This document shows, in pieces, positions 31,057 through 42,400 of a DNA stretch of 64,000 nt. Made by a program: the position numbers and the translations under genes. The notes below the pieces were generated by a model. It was not told where the DNA came from. It did no database searches and saw nothing but the letters and a program-made list of their open reading frames with translations. Source of the stretch: Kiritimatiellia bacterium. Lineage in GTDB: Bacteria > Verrucomicrobiota > Kiritimatiellia > RFP12 > JBMNHG01. The first letter of the stretch is position 1. The number at the start of each line of letters is the position of its first letter. The stretch lies in the NCBI GenBank assembly GCA_050950285.1, contig JBMNHG010000006.1, positions 1 through 64,000 of the forward strand, given 5' to 3'.

Positions 31057-32373
31057 ATGTCGAACATACGCGTCCGCTTCGCTCCCAGTCCCACCGGCAA
31101 GGTCCACATCGGCAACATCCGCGCCGCCATCTTCAACTGGCTCTTCGCCCGCCACGAGGGCGGCAAGTTCCTGCTCCGCGTGGAGGACACCGACCGCGAA
31201 CGATCCACCCCGGAGGCCATCCGGACCCTTCTCGACTGCATGGCGTGGCTCCAGCTCGATTACGACGAGCCGGTCGTCTACCAGTCGCACAACGTCGGGG
31301 CGCATCTCGCCGCCGCCGGGGAACTCCTCGCCGCCGGACGCGCCTACAAGGAAGACAAGGGCGGGAAGGGCGAATGCATCGTTTTCCGCATGCCCCGGGG
31401 ATGCCGCCTCGAATTCACCGACCTCGTGAAGGGCCGGATGAAGAAGAAGGCCGAGGACACGCAGGACTTCGTCATCGTCCGCTCGGACGGGTCGCCCGTC
31501 TTCCACCTCGCCAACGTCGTGGACGACATCGCCCAGGGCATCACCCACGTCATCCGCGGCGACGACCACGTCGAGAACACCTTCAAGCACATCGAGCTCT
31601 TCAAGGCGCTGGGCCACGAACCGCCGCAGTACGCCCACCTTCCCATGATCGTGAACAACGAAGGCAAACCCTATTCCAAGCGGGACGGCGCGGCCTTCGT
31701 CGGCGAGTTCCGCGAACAGGGCTTCCTCCCCGAAGCGCTCTTCAACTTCCTGCTCCTCCTCGGCTGGGCGCCGGGCGACGACCGCGAGGTGATGACGCGC
31801 GAGGAGATGATCGAGGCCTTCACCCTCGACCGCTGCCGCTCCAGCGCCTCGCGCTTCGACCTGAAGAAGCTCGCCTGGATGAACGGCGAGTACGTCCGCG
31901 CGATGCGCCCCGAAGACTTCCTCGACGCCTTCGCGGCGCGCCTCTCCGACGCCCGCTTCGACCTCTCCGCCGTCCCGCCGTCCGCCCTGGCCGAAATCGC
32001 CCGGCTCGTCCAGCAGCGCACGCGTTTCTTCGCGGAGATCCCCGGAAACTGCGCCTATTTCTTCACCGAGGACTATCCCTTCGATCCAAAGGCCGTCGCG
32101 AAACGCCTCGCTTCGCCCGAGGCCTTGGCCTTGCTTCGGGACGTGGCGGACGCCTTTGCCGCCCTTCCGGACTTCACGGCCGAAAGCGCCGAGGCCGCCC
32201 TCCGCGCGATGGGCGAAGCGCGCGGCTCCGGTCTCGGCGCACTGGTCCATCCCGTGCGCGTGGCGGTTTCCGGCATGGGGGAAGGCCCCGGGCTCTTCGA
32301 AATGCTCGCCCTTCTCGGGCGCGACCGCGTCATCGCCCGCCTCCGGAAGGTCGCCGGGCAAACGTCCGGATGA
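31057..32373 (+). CDS. gltX: Glutamate--tRNA ligase
   Basis: VRFAPSPTG, HIGN, LRVEDTD, ITHVIRGDDH, PYSKRDG (KMSKS equivalent), anticodon domain PVRVAVSG. Confidence 0.97.
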   Translation: MSNIRVRFAPSPTGKVHIGNIRAAIFNWLFARHEGGKFLLRVEDTDRERSTPEAIRTLLDCMAWLQLDYDEPVVYQSHNVGAHLAAAGELLAAGRAYKEDKGGKGECIVFRMPRGCRLEFTDLVKGRMKKKAEDTQDFVIVRSDGSPVFHLANVVDDIAQGITHVIRGDDHVENTFKHIELFKALGHEPPQYAHLPMIVNNEGKPYSKRDGAAFVGEFREQGFLPEALFNFLLLLGWAPGDDREVMTREEMIEAFTLDRCRSSASRFDLKKLAWMNGEYVRAMRPEDFLDAFAARLSDARFDLSAVPPSALAEIARLVQQRTRFFAEIPGNCAYFFTEDYPFDPKAVAKRLASPEALALLRDVADAFAALPDFTAESAEAALRAMGEARGSGLGALVHPVRVAVSGMGEGPGLFEMLALLGRDRVIARLRKVAGQTSG

Positions 32374-34601
32374 AGCCGATGGCGCCTCCCCCCGCAGATG
32401 ACGAGATCTTCGGCGCGCTGCGCCGCCACTTCCACCACGACCGCTTCCGCGACGGCCAGATCGAGGTGATCCGCGACGTCCTCGCCGGACGCGACGCCGT
32501 GGTGGTGATGCCCACCGGCTCCGGAAAGTCGCTTTGCTACCAGCTTTCCGCCCTGCTCCTTCCGGGCTCCACCCTTGTGGTCTCGCCCCTCATCTCGCTC
32601 ATGAAGGACCAGGTGGACGCCCTCGTCCGCCAGGGCATCCCCGCCACCTTCGTGAACTCGTCCCTTTCCGCGGGCGAGACCGCCGGGCGCCTCGACGACA
32701 TCGCGGCAGGCCGCGTGAAGCTCGTCTACGTGGCCCCCGAACGCTTCCGCAACAGGCACTTCCTCGACGCCATCCGCCACGCGGGCGTCTCGCTGCTCGC
32801 CATCGACGAGGCGCACTGCATCTGCCAGTGGGGCTACGACTTCCGCCCCGACTACCTGAACCTCCGCTCCGCCGTGTCGCTTTTCCCCGGCGTCCGCGTG
32901 ATGGCCGTGACCGCCACGGCCACCCCCGAGGTCCGCAGGGACATCGTCGCCAGCCTGGGCCTCGGCGCCAACGGGCGCGACGCCCCCGCCGTGCACGTGC
33001 ACGGATTCGCGCGCCCCGGCCTGCGCCTCGGCGTCGTTCGCTGCCCCACCCACGAGGCCAAGTTCCGCCGCGTGGAGAAGCTGGTCGAGGACTGCGGTTC
33101 CGGCATCGTCTATGTCGCCACGCGGAAGCAGGCCGAACGCGTCTACGAGCGCCTCGGGTTTTTCGCCGCCGGGAAAAAACGGCATGCCGCGAAAGACGGC
33201 GCCACCGCGCCGGAGGTCATCCTCTATCACGGCGCGCTGCCGGAGGGCGAACGGACGGCCGCGCAGGACCGCTTCGTCAAGGCGGCGTGCCCCGTGGTGG
33301 TCGCCACCAATGCCTTCGGCATGGGCATCGACCGCGCCGACCTCCGTTTCGTGGCCCACTGGGATCTCCCCGGCTCCATCGAGGCCTACTACCAGGAAAT
33401 CGGCCGCGCGGGGCGCGACGGGCTCACCTCCTGCTGCGAGTTGCTCTACAACTACGTGGACATCCGCACCCAGCAGTTCTTCATCGACGCCGCGAACCCG
33501 TCGCAGGCCGATGTCCGCTCCTTGCTCGCCGTCCTGCGCATCGACTGCGCCCGGGGGCCCGCGACCCGGTCCGGCGACGACTGGGCCCAGGCCGCCCATC
33601 TCAAGAACGGCATCCTCGCCCGGACCATCCTCGGCATCCTCGAACGCGCCGGCCTCGTCCGCATCTCGCGCGCGCCGGGCGCCCGCGAGAACACCGTCGA
33701 ACTCGTTCCCGGCGCCGACCCCGCCGTGCTCGACCGGCAACTCGCCCTGCTCGGCAAAAAACGGGCCCTCGACCAGGCGCGGCTCGACGCGATGGCGCGC
33801 TATGCCGACTGCCGTTCCTGCCGCCATGCCTACATTCTCGAATACTTCGGCGAGCAACCGCGGCGCGGCTCCTGCTCCGCCTGCGACCGCTGCCTGGGAC
33901 GCTCCTCCGACGGCATGCCGCCCCTCACGCCCGCGCAACGGGTCGTGGTGGCCAAGGTGCTCTCCTGCGTGGCGCGCATGAAGGGACGCTTCGGCGCGCG
34001 GCGCATCGGACAGGTGCTCACGGGCGACTCCGATCCCGCCCTCGAGGAAAAGGGCCTCACCCGGCTTTCCACCTTCGGCATCCTTCCGGAACTCCGCCCC
34101 GCCGACATCTCGCGCCTCCTCGACGAACTCGCCGACGCCGGTTGCGTGGCGGTGGGCGACGACGAATATCGCCAGGTGTCCATCACCCCGAAGGGCATGG
34201 GCGTCGCCCGGAACCGTCCGCAGTTCGCCGGCTTCGCCATGCCGTGGCCTCTCGCGAGCCTCCCGGATCCCGCGCCCTCCGCCCCGTTCCCGAAGCGCCG
34301 TCTTCCCGCTGCGGCATCGCCCTCCCCATCCGGCGCCGCCCCAGGCCCGGACGACGGCGCCGCACGCGACCCCAACGCGGTGAAACGGCGAATCGCGGCG
34401 CTCAAGGCCTGGCGCAAGGCCGCGGCCGCCGGACACGGCGTCGCCCCGTTCGTGGTGCTCTCCAACAAGAGCCTCGAGGCCATCGCCCGCGCCGACCCCT
34501 CCACCCGCGCGGAACTCCTCCGCATCTACGGCATCGGCCCCGTCCGCGCCGACGCCTACGGGCAAGGCATCCTCGACACGCTCGCCGGCCTCCGCGAGTG
34601 A
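32370..34601 (+). CDS. recQ: RecQ-family ATP-dependent DNA helicase with RQC and HRDC domains
   Basis: MPTGSGKSLCYQ, DEAHC, ATNAFGMGID, YYQEIGRAGRDG, Zn-binding Cys cluster, C-terminal HRDC. ATG overlaps the gltX stop (ATGA). Confidence 0.95.
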   Translation: MKPMAPPPADDEIFGALRRHFHHDRFRDGQIEVIRDVLAGRDAVVVMPTGSGKSLCYQLSALLLPGSTLVVSPLISLMKDQVDALVRQGIPATFVNSSLSAGETAGRLDDIAAGRVKLVYVAPERFRNRHFLDAIRHAGVSLLAIDEAHCICQWGYDFRPDYLNLRSAVSLFPGVRVMAVTATATPEVRRDIVASLGLGANGRDAPAVHVHGFARPGLRLGVVRCPTHEAKFRRVEKLVEDCGSGIVYVATRKQAERVYERLGFFAAGKKRHAAKDGATAPEVILYHGALPEGERTAAQDRFVKAACPVVVATNAFGMGIDRADLRFVAHWDLPGSIEAYYQEIGRAGRDGLTSCCELLYNYVDIRTQQFFIDAANPSQADVRSLLAVLRIDCARGPATRSGDDWAQAAHLKNGILARTILGILERAGLVRISRAPGARENTVELVPGADPAVLDRQLALLGKKRALDQARLDAMARYADCRSCRHAYILEYFGEQPRRGSCSACDRCLGRSSDGMPPLTPAQRVVVAKVLSCVARMKGRFGARRIGQVLTGDSDPALEEKGLTRLSTFGILPELRPADISRLLDELADAGCVAVGDDEYRQVSITPKGMGVARNRPQFAGFAMPWPLASLPDPAPSAPFPKRRLPAAASPSPSGAAPGPDDGAARDPNAVKRRIAALKAWRKAAAAGHGVAPFVVLSNKSLEAIARADPSTRAELLRIYGIGPVRADAYGQGILDTLAGLRE

Positions 34602-34734
34602 GGCGGCCCGTCGCGGCCGGAGCGGGATTGCCAAGCGGTTTCGTGCGCGGTATACTGTGCCGCATTCCAGGACCCAACGTGGATACACAGGCCGGTGCGC
34701 GCCTGGCGAATCGCCGGCCCAAGGAGACGTCATC

Positions 34735-35658
34735 TTGTCCGAATCGATCGTGATCGTCGGCGGGGGCCCCGCCGGACTGACCGCCGCCATCTACGCGGCA
34801 CGCGCCCGTCTTTCCCCGGTGGTGGTCGAAGGCATGCTGCCGGGCGGGCAGATCGCACAGGCCACCGACATCGAGAACTATCCGGGGTTCGTGAATCCCC
34901 GGGCCGGCGCCGATCTCGTGGCCGACATGCGCGCACAGGCCGGGCGGCTGGGCGCCCGCTTTCTCGCGGACGAGGTCGCCTCGTGCGAGCTGCGCGCCCC
35001 GGAGCACCTGCTCCACCTTGCCTTCGGCGGGGATCTCGCCACCCGGACGTTGATCGTCGCGACGGGCGCTTCGGCCCGCTACCTGGGCCTGCCGTCCGAG
35101 ACGCCGCTCATCGGGCGAGGCATTTCCGCCTGCGCCACCTGCGACGGCGCCTTCTACCAAGGGCAGAGGGTGGCGGTGATCGGGGGCGGCGACACCGCGA
35201 TGGGGGACGCCCTCCATCTCTCGCGCATCGCCTCGCACGTCACCATCGTGCACCGTCGCGACGCCTTCCGCGCCTCGAAGATCATGGCCGACCGCGTGCT
35301 GGCCACCGGGAACATCGACGTGGCGTGGAATTCGGTGGTCGAATCCTTCGCCGATCCCGGGAAGGGCGAAGTGACCTCGATCCGCCTGCGCGACACCCGC
35401 AGCGGCGCGCTTCGCGATTTGCCCGTGCAAGGCGTCTTCATGGCCATCGGCAACACGCCCAACACCGCGTTCCTCGGCGGCCAGCTCGCCCTGGACTCGC
35501 AGGGGTACATCGTGACCGACCGCTTCCGCACGAGCGTGGAAGGGGTCTTCGCGGCGGGCGACGTGCAGGATCCGCACTACCGCCAGGTGGTGGTGGCGGC
35601 GGGCGCCGGCTGCGCGGCCGCCCTCGAGGCCGAGCGCTACCTCGCCGGACAAGGCTGA
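34735..35658 (+). CDS. trxB: Thioredoxin-disulfide reductase
   Basis: GGGPAGLTAAIY, CATCDG, GGGDTA, GVFAAGDV. TTG start after an AAGGAG RBS. Confidence 0.96.
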   Translation: MSESIVIVGGGPAGLTAAIYAARARLSPVVVEGMLPGGQIAQATDIENYPGFVNPRAGADLVADMRAQAGRLGARFLADEVASCELRAPEHLLHLAFGGDLATRTLIVATGASARYLGLPSETPLIGRGISACATCDGAFYQGQRVAVIGGGDTAMGDALHLSRIASHVTIVHRRDAFRASKIMADRVLATGNIDVAWNSVVESFADPGKGEVTSIRLRDTRSGALRDLPVQGVFMAIGNTPNTAFLGGQLALDSQGYIVTDRFRTSVEGVFAAGDVQDPHYRQVVVAAGAGCAAALEAERYLAGQG

Positions 35659-35716
35659 GGAAACCCCTTCCCTCTCCGCCGCGCGAGGGGACGCGGACCG
35701 GGGACGGAAGACCGCG

Positions 35717-37738
35717 TCATTGCACCGTCGCGCCGGGGAGGGCGGCGGGATCGGCCGAAACCAGCGCGAACGAGCCGTCGGGGTTCGCGGCGAAGACGAC
35801 CATGCCCTCGGAGACGCCAAAGCGCATCTTCCGCGGAGCGAGGTTGGCGACGATCACCACGGACTTGCCCGCGAGCGTCTCGGGCGCGAAGTCCTTTCGT
35901 ACGCCGGAGAAGATCTGCCGCGTCCTGCCTTCGCCGGCATCGACCGTGAGGCGGAGCAGCTTGTCCGCGCCTTCGACCGTCTCGGCCGCCAGGATCCGGG
36001 CGACGCGGAGGTCGATCTTCGCGAAGTCGTCGATGGCGATCTGCGGGGCGAGGGGCTGGATGGGGGACGCCGGGGCGGCGGGCGCCATGGACTCGGCGGA
36101 GTCCGCGACCACCGCTTCCACGTCCTTGTTGTCGATGCGCGTGGCAAGGTAGGCGTAGGGGGCGATGGCGCGGTTCTCGATGTCCTTCAGGAGGTCGGCC
36201 CAGACGTAGGGCTCCTCCCGGAAGAGCCCGGCGACCTTGGCGGCGTATTCGGGCAGCACGGGCTGGAGGTAGATGGCGAGCACCCGGAAGAGGTTCAGCG
36301 TGGAGGTGAGCACCTGCCGCACGGCCTCGGGATCGGTCTTCACGAGCGACCAGGGGGCCTTGCCGTCGAAGTATTGGTTGGCGAGGTCGGCGAGGTCGCG
36401 CACTTCCACGATCATCTTGCTGAAATCGCGGGCTTCGTAGTGCCTCGCGATTTCATCGGCTCGGGAACGCGCCTTCCCGACGAGTTCCCGGCCCTCGGCA
36501 TCCATCGTTCCGGTTTGGCCGCCGAAGTTCTTGTGCAGCATCTGCGCGCCGCGCGAGGCGAGGTTGGTCACCTTGCCCACGAGGTCGGAATTCACGCGCC
36601 CCACGAAGTCCTCGAGGTTGAGGTCGATGTCGTCCGTGGTTCCATTCAGCTTGCACGCGTAGTAGTAGCGGAGCGCCTGGGCGGGCAGGTGGTCGAGGTA
36701 GGTGCGGGCGTTGATGAAGGTGCCCTTCGACTTGCTCATCTTCTCGCCGTTCACGGTGAGGAAGCCGTGGACGAAGACGCGCGTGGGGCTTTCGAGGCCG
36801 GCGGCATGGAGGAGCGCGGGCCAGAAGAGGCAGTGGAAGCGGACGATGTCCTTGCCGATGAAGTGGTACTTCTCGACCTGCGGATCCTGCCACCAGTCCT
36901 CGAAGGACTGGCCGTTCCGGTCGCACCAGTTGGCGAGCGTGGCGAGGTAGCCGACGGGCGCGTCCAGCCACACGTAGAAGTATTTGCCGGGATGCCCGGG
37001 GATTTCGAAGCCGAAATAGGGGGCGTCGCGCGAGATGTCCCACGGAAGGAGTTCCTGGTCGTCGCCGAACCACTCCATGAGCTTTCTGGCGACGTCCGCG
37101 GGCGTGTGGCCGTCGATCCAGTCGCGCAGGTATTCCTTGTATCGGGCGACGTTGAAGAGGATGTGCTCGGCCTCGCGCGTTTCGAGGTCGCGCGATCCGC
37201 AGGTGGCGCAATGGGCGTCTTTGAGGTCGGCGGGGGAATAGGTGGAGCTGCAGGCGTCGCAGGAGTCGCCGTATTGGTTCGCGGCGTCGCATTTCGGGCA
37301 GGTGCCCTTCACGAAGCGGTCGGGGAGGAACATCGCGCATGAGGGGCAGTAGAGCTGCCGGATGGAGGTGGCGAGCAGGGCGCCGTTCTTGTCCAGTTCC
37401 GCAAAGATGCGGTTGCAGAGGGCTTGGTTCTCGGGGGAGTGCGTGGTGTAGTAGTTGTCGAACTTCACCTGGAAATCGGCGAAGTCGCGGGTGTGTTCCT
37501 GCCAGGACTCGGCAATCACTTCCTCGGGGGTGCGGCCCTCCTTGCGGGCGCGGATCATGATGGGCGTTCCGTGGGTGTCGTCCGCGCAAAGGTAGATGCA
37601 GTCATGGCCGCGCATCTTCTGGAAGCGAACCCAGAAGTCGGTCTGGAGATATTCGACGAGGTGGCCGAGATGGATGGCTCCGTTCGCGTAGGGGAGGGCG
37701 GAGGTCACGAGGATGCGGCGGGAGGGGGAGCCTGGCAT
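35717..37738 (-). CDS. metG: Methionine--tRNA ligase with C-terminal tRNA-binding domain
   Basis: [13 protein letters not shown], four CxxC knuckle motifs, [22 protein letters not shown]. Confidence 0.97.
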   Translation of the reverse strand: MPGSPSRRILVTSALPYANGAIHLGHLVEYLQTDFWVRFQKMRGHDCIYLCADDTHGTPIMIRARKEGRTPEEVIAESWQEHTRDFADFQVKFDNYYTTHSPENQALCNRIFAELDKNGALLATSIRQLYCPSCAMFLPDRFVKGTCPKCDAANQYGDSCDACSSTYSPADLKDAHCATCGSRDLETREAEHILFNVARYKEYLRDWIDGHTPADVARKLMEWFGDDQELLPWDISRDAPYFGFEIPGHPGKYFYVWLDAPVGYLATLANWCDRNGQSFEDWWQDPQVEKYHFIGKDIVRFHCLFWPALLHAAGLESPTRVFVHGFLTVNGEKMSKSKGTFINARTYLDHLPAQALRYYYACKLNGTTDDIDLNLEDFVGRVNSDLVGKVTNLASRGAQMLHKNFGGQTGTMDAEGRELVGKARSRADEIARHYEARDFSKMIVEVRDLADLANQYFDGKAPWSLVKTDPEAVRQVLTSTLNLFRVLAIYLQPVLPEYAAKVAGLFREEPYVWADLLKDIENRAIAPYAYLATRIDNKDVEAVVADSAESMAPAAPASPIQPLAPQIAIDDFAKIDLRVARILAAETVEGADKLLRLTVDAGEGRTRQIFSGVRKDFAPETLAGKSVVIVANLAPRKMRFGVSEGMVVFAANPDGSFALVSADPAALPGATVQ

Positions 37739-37810
37739 GGGAAGATCCTTTCGAAAACGGGGGCCCGCACTCGTGGCGGGGTGGGGGAGGGCTTGCGCGC
37801 CGGGGCTGCG

Positions 37811-39289
37811 TCAGGCGTCGCGAAGGACCGGGAAGAGAATTACGTCGCGGATGCTGTAGCAGCCGGTGAGGAACATCACCAGCCGGTCGACCCCGATGCC
37901 GAGGCCGCCCGCAGGGGGCATGCCGTGCTCGAGGGCGAGAATGAAGTCCTCGTCCAGTTTCTCGACGTCGTCGCCGACCTGCGCGGCGAAGGCCTTGCGC
38001 TGCTCGATGGGGTCGTTCTGCTCGGTGTAGCCGGGGCAAAGCTCCTTGCCGCCCACCACGAACTCGAAGACATCCGCGCAGGAGGGGTCGTCCGGGCAGG
38101 TCTTGGCGAGGGGCACGAACTCGCGCGGCACGCGCATCACGAAGGTGGGCTGTACCAGGGTGCGTTCGATCCGCTTGTCGTAGATCTCGCGGGTGACGAG
38201 GAGGTGGCCCCAGGAGGGATCGATCGCGACGCCCATGGCCTCCGCCTTGCCGCGGGCGGTGGCGTCGTCGAGCTCGAACCAGTCGTCTCCCATCCAGTCC
38301 TTCACGAGGTCGGCGTAGCGGACGCGGCGGTAGGGCGGCGTGAAGTCGATGAGGTTCTTCTCCGTTTCGCCGTATTCCACGGTCATCGACCCGACGACGC
38401 GCTCGCACAGGCGGGGAAGGAGCCCTTCGAGGATGTCGATCATCGAGTGGACGTCGCCGTAGGCTTCGTAGACCTCGAGCACGGTGAATTCGGGGTTGTG
38501 GGTGCGATCCAGGCCCTCGTTGCGGAAGTCGCGGTTCAGTTCGAAGACCTTGTCGAAGCCTCCCACGAGCAGGCGCTTGAGGTAGAGTTCGGGGGCGATG
38601 CGCATGAACATGTCGCGGTCGAGCGCATTGTAATGGGTGACGAAGGGGCGCGCCGCGGCGCCGCCGGCGTGGGGTTGCAGCATGGGCGTCTCGACCTCCT
38701 GGAAGCCGCGTTCCTCGAGGAAGGCGCGGGCTTCGCGGACGATCGCGATGCGCTTGTTGAAGACGTCGCGCACCTCGGGATTGGCGATGAGGTCGAGGTG
38801 ACGATGGCGATAGCGCAGTTCGGTGTTGGTGAGGCCATGCCACTTCTCGGGCAACGGCAGCAGCGCCTTGCCGAGGAGCGTCCAGCGCCGGACGCGCACG
38901 GTCATCTCCCCCGTCTTCGTGATGAACATCTCGCCTTCGACGCCGATGTGGTCGCCGATGTCCAGCAGCCGGAAGGCCCGAAGGATCTCGTCGCCCACGA
39001 CATCCTTCTTCACGAGAATCTGCAGGCGGGCGGAACCGTCGTTCAGGTCCGCGAAGACGGCCTTGCCCATGCCGCGCTTGAGGATGAGCCGCCCGGCGAT
39101 CGAAACCGTCTTTTCCTCCTCGTAGGCGGCGCGCACTTCATCGAGGGTGCCGGTGCGGGTGTAGGCCTGGCCGTAGGGGGTATAGCCCATCGCTTCGAGC
39201 TGGCGCATGTTTTCAAGGCGCTGCTCGCGATAGCTCAGGGCGACGGAAGGTGTGGGTCCGGAAGTCGAAGGGTTCATGGGGGGATGCAT
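37811..39289 (-). CDS. lysS: Lysine--tRNA ligase (class II)
   Basis: LPLPEKWHGL, GGAAARPF, RIAPELYLKRL, FRNEG, HNPEFT, GMPPAGGLGIGVDRL. Start is 39289 or 39277. Confidence 0.97.
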   Translation of the reverse strand: MHPPMNPSTSGPTPSVALSYREQRLENMRQLEAMGYTPYGQAYTRTGTLDEVRAAYEEEKTVSIAGRLILKRGMGKAVFADLNDGSARLQILVKKDVVGDEILRAFRLLDIGDHIGVEGEMFITKTGEMTVRVRRWTLLGKALLPLPEKWHGLTNTELRYRHRHLDLIANPEVRDVFNKRIAIVREARAFLEERGFQEVETPMLQPHAGGAAARPFVTHYNALDRDMFMRIAPELYLKRLLVGGFDKVFELNRDFRNEGLDRTHNPEFTVLEVYEAYGDVHSMIDILEGLLPRLCERVVGSMTVEYGETEKNLIDFTPPYRRVRYADLVKDWMGDDWFELDDATARGKAEAMGVAIDPSWGHLLVTREIYDKRIERTLVQPTFVMRVPREFVPLAKTCPDDPSCADVFEFVVGGKELCPGYTEQNDPIEQRKAFAAQVGDDVEKLDEDFILALEHGMPPAGGLGIGVDRLVMFLTGCYSIRDVILFPVLRDA

Positions 39290-39468
39290 TTTCGCAGGTA
39301 CGGCGGCGCGCCGCAAGATTGATTTGGCGGAACGGCGCGCCGCGCGCATCGCCGCCCACGCTGCAACGAGGCCCGAAATTCGCCATTTGCCCGTTCGTGG
39401 AGGAGATGTTTTCGTTTGCCCGTCCGACAGCGGGGAAGGTACACTGGAGGGAATTCCTGGAGGTTTGC

Positions 39469-42400
39469 ATGTCGATTCCGAAGTCTTTTCCCGCCGCTCT
39501 CCCCGTGCTGTGCATGGCGTCGATGGCCTTCGCCACGCACCCCGGACAGAGGGTGTCCACCCCCATCGCCCGCGCGATGGTGGATGTGGAGCATAGCGCC
39601 GTGTGGGTCGAAGGCGCGGAGACCAAGGATGGCTACATCTCGTCGGAACGCGTCCTGTGGACCCGCGACGACCGGATCCACTCCCCCTATGGCGAGCATT
39701 TCAGCGACGCCGCAAAGCAGGGGCCCCGCCACCTCCGCTACGCCTTCACCGAACCGGTCCCCGTCGGAAGCCTCTTCGCCTGCACGGGCGACCGCGTGAC
39801 CCTCCTGCGCGAAGACGCCCCGTTCCCCGGCGACATGGCCGATGAATCGCACTGGATCGACGGCGAGCGCCTCGAGGCCGATGGACGCGTCGTCTCCGGG
39901 AAACGCGATGGCTACATCGTCTGGACCTTCCCCGAAGGAACCCGGACCCGCGCCGTGCGCGTTTCGCATGTGCCAGGCCCCCTCGACCCCGACCGCCGCG
40001 GCTGGGTCAACAGCCTTCTCCTCCTCCCGTACCGCTGCCAGCCGCTGTCGATGTTCGCCCGCGTCCACGCCGAGGTGAACCCCAATTCCGCCCGGAAGAT
40101 CGTCAACCAGGTCCACGACGGGCTGGGGCAGACCTGGAGCAACGTCTCCGGCCGCCAGCCCATCGAGGAGCTGCCGATGGTGGACAAGGAGAATCCCGGC
40201 ATCGTCTGGCTCTCCTGGCCGGAGGCCGTCTCCATCGATTCCATCGTCGCCATCCACACCGGCTTCGGGGCGGTGGAGGTGGATGCCTTCCGCGGCCCCG
40301 GCGACCGCGACCCCGGCACCGCCCGCGAGGACGACTGGGAGTTCGTCCAGGCCTTCGACGGCATGGAGCTCAACTTCCCCACCACCTGGCCGAATGTGAT
40401 GAACTTCGACAAGACCCTCACCACCCGCGCCATCCGCTTGCGGATGGTGGACAAGATGGTCTGCGGACACGACCACGTGAAGAACGAGAACCGCGGCGGC
40501 AAGCGCGTCTATCTCGACGAACTTCTCGTGCTGCGCCGCATGGGGAAGGGCGAGCCGTTCGCCGCCCCCGCGTTCGCGGCGCGCCTGAACAAGCCGCTGA
40601 CGCCCCCCATCCCCGTCCGCTTCCGCCTTCCCGACGACGGCTTCGTCACCCTCGTGATCGAGGATGCCGACGGCAAGCGCATTCGGAACCTCATCGCGGA
40701 CACCCCCTTCAAAAAGGGCAGGAACGTGGTCTGGTGGGACGGGACGGACGATCTGGGCCGCGATGTCGACGCCGCCGGCCACGGCGTCTTCCGCATTCCT
40801 CCGCAGGCGGTCGAACCGGGCACCTACACGGTGCGCGGCCTCTGGCACAAGGGAATCCGGCCCGTGTACGAGTTCGGCGTGTATGCGCCGGGGCGCTGGG
40901 TGGCCGGGGACGACGGAAGCGGCTGGCTCGCCAACCATTGCAACCCGCAAGCCGCCGCCTTCGTCCCCGCCGAACTCTCGCCCCTCGGCGAGCCGCTCGC
41001 CTACCTCGGCGCACTGGTCACCGAAGGCCCCCACGGCTTCATCTGGGTGGACATGGAGGGGAACAAACGCGGCGGCCTCCACTGGATCGGCGGCAACTGG
41101 GTCGCCGCCCCCTTCATCGCCAGCGACTGTGGCCCCAGCCCCGACCCGGAGAGTTCGGTCTTCGTGGCCGGATGCTTCGGACAGGACGGAGACGATTCCA
41201 TCTCCGAAATCCGCATCAACGCCATCCGGAAAGAGGACGCCCGCCGCGTCCGCCAGGTGGGCCGCATCCCGATTTCCGACGACTTCAAGGGCGACAAGGC
41301 GCAGCAGTTGGCCGGTCTCGCCGTGTACGACAACGTCGTCGCCTTCTCGCTCCCGCTTCAAGACGCGGTCTGGTTCGTGGGCGGCGGGGACGGGGCGATC
41401 CGGCGCAAGGCCGAGAACCTCCCCAACCCGCGCGGCATCGCCTTCGATCCCGCCGACGGCTCGCTTCTCGTCCTCTCCGGCAATCGCATCGTGCGCCTCC
41501 CGCCGGACGGCGGCGAGCCCTCGACCCTCGCGGGCGACGGGCTGGAGGACCCGCGCGGCATCGCCGTCTCGCGCGACGACGGCTCCATCTACGTGAGCGA
41601 TTGCGGAAACTGCCACCAAGTGAAGGTCTTCGACCGCCAGGGCGGCCTTGTCCGCACCGTCGGCCGCGCCGGCGTGCCGAAGGCGGGCCCCTACGACGAA
41701 CTCCAGATGCACTGCCCGCATGGCATCGCCATCGACAACCGAAACCGCCTGTGGGTCGCCGAGAACGACAGCATGCCCAAGCGCGTTTCGCTCTGGGACG
41801 ACCAAGGGAACCTCCTCCGCGCCTGGTACGGCCCCGCCAAGTACGGGGAGGGCGGCACCATCGACTCCGTCCATCCCGAACGCTTCTACTACGCGGATGG
41901 CGGCGGGACGCTCGAGTTCGCCATCGACTGGGAGACCGGAGAAAGCCGCCTCGTGAACGTCCTCGCCCGCAATGGCGACTACGGATTCCCATGCCCCGGC
42001 GGATACGGCGACTGGGGCGGAATGCCCGAGTATGCGGTCTACCGGAAGGGGCGCCGCTACCTCTCGAACTGCTACAACAACTGCCCGATCGCCGCACCCT
42101 CCACGATGTCGGTCTACCTCGACAACGGCGACGGCACGATGCGCCCGTGCGTCTCCATGGGACGCGCCGACAACTGGCGCGCCATGCTCGACCGCGAAGA
42201 GTTCCACGCCCGCTGGCCCGATCCGGACAACCGTTCACAGGGCTTCTACATCTGGTGCGACCAAAACGACGACGGCCGCGTGCAGCCCCCCGAAGTCGCC
42301 ATCGACCCGAACCCCGGCTGGGGCCCCATCCTCATGCCCGATCTCGCCGTGACCGTCTCCAACTTCCGCGGCCAGGCCATCCGCCTGCATCCGCAATGGG

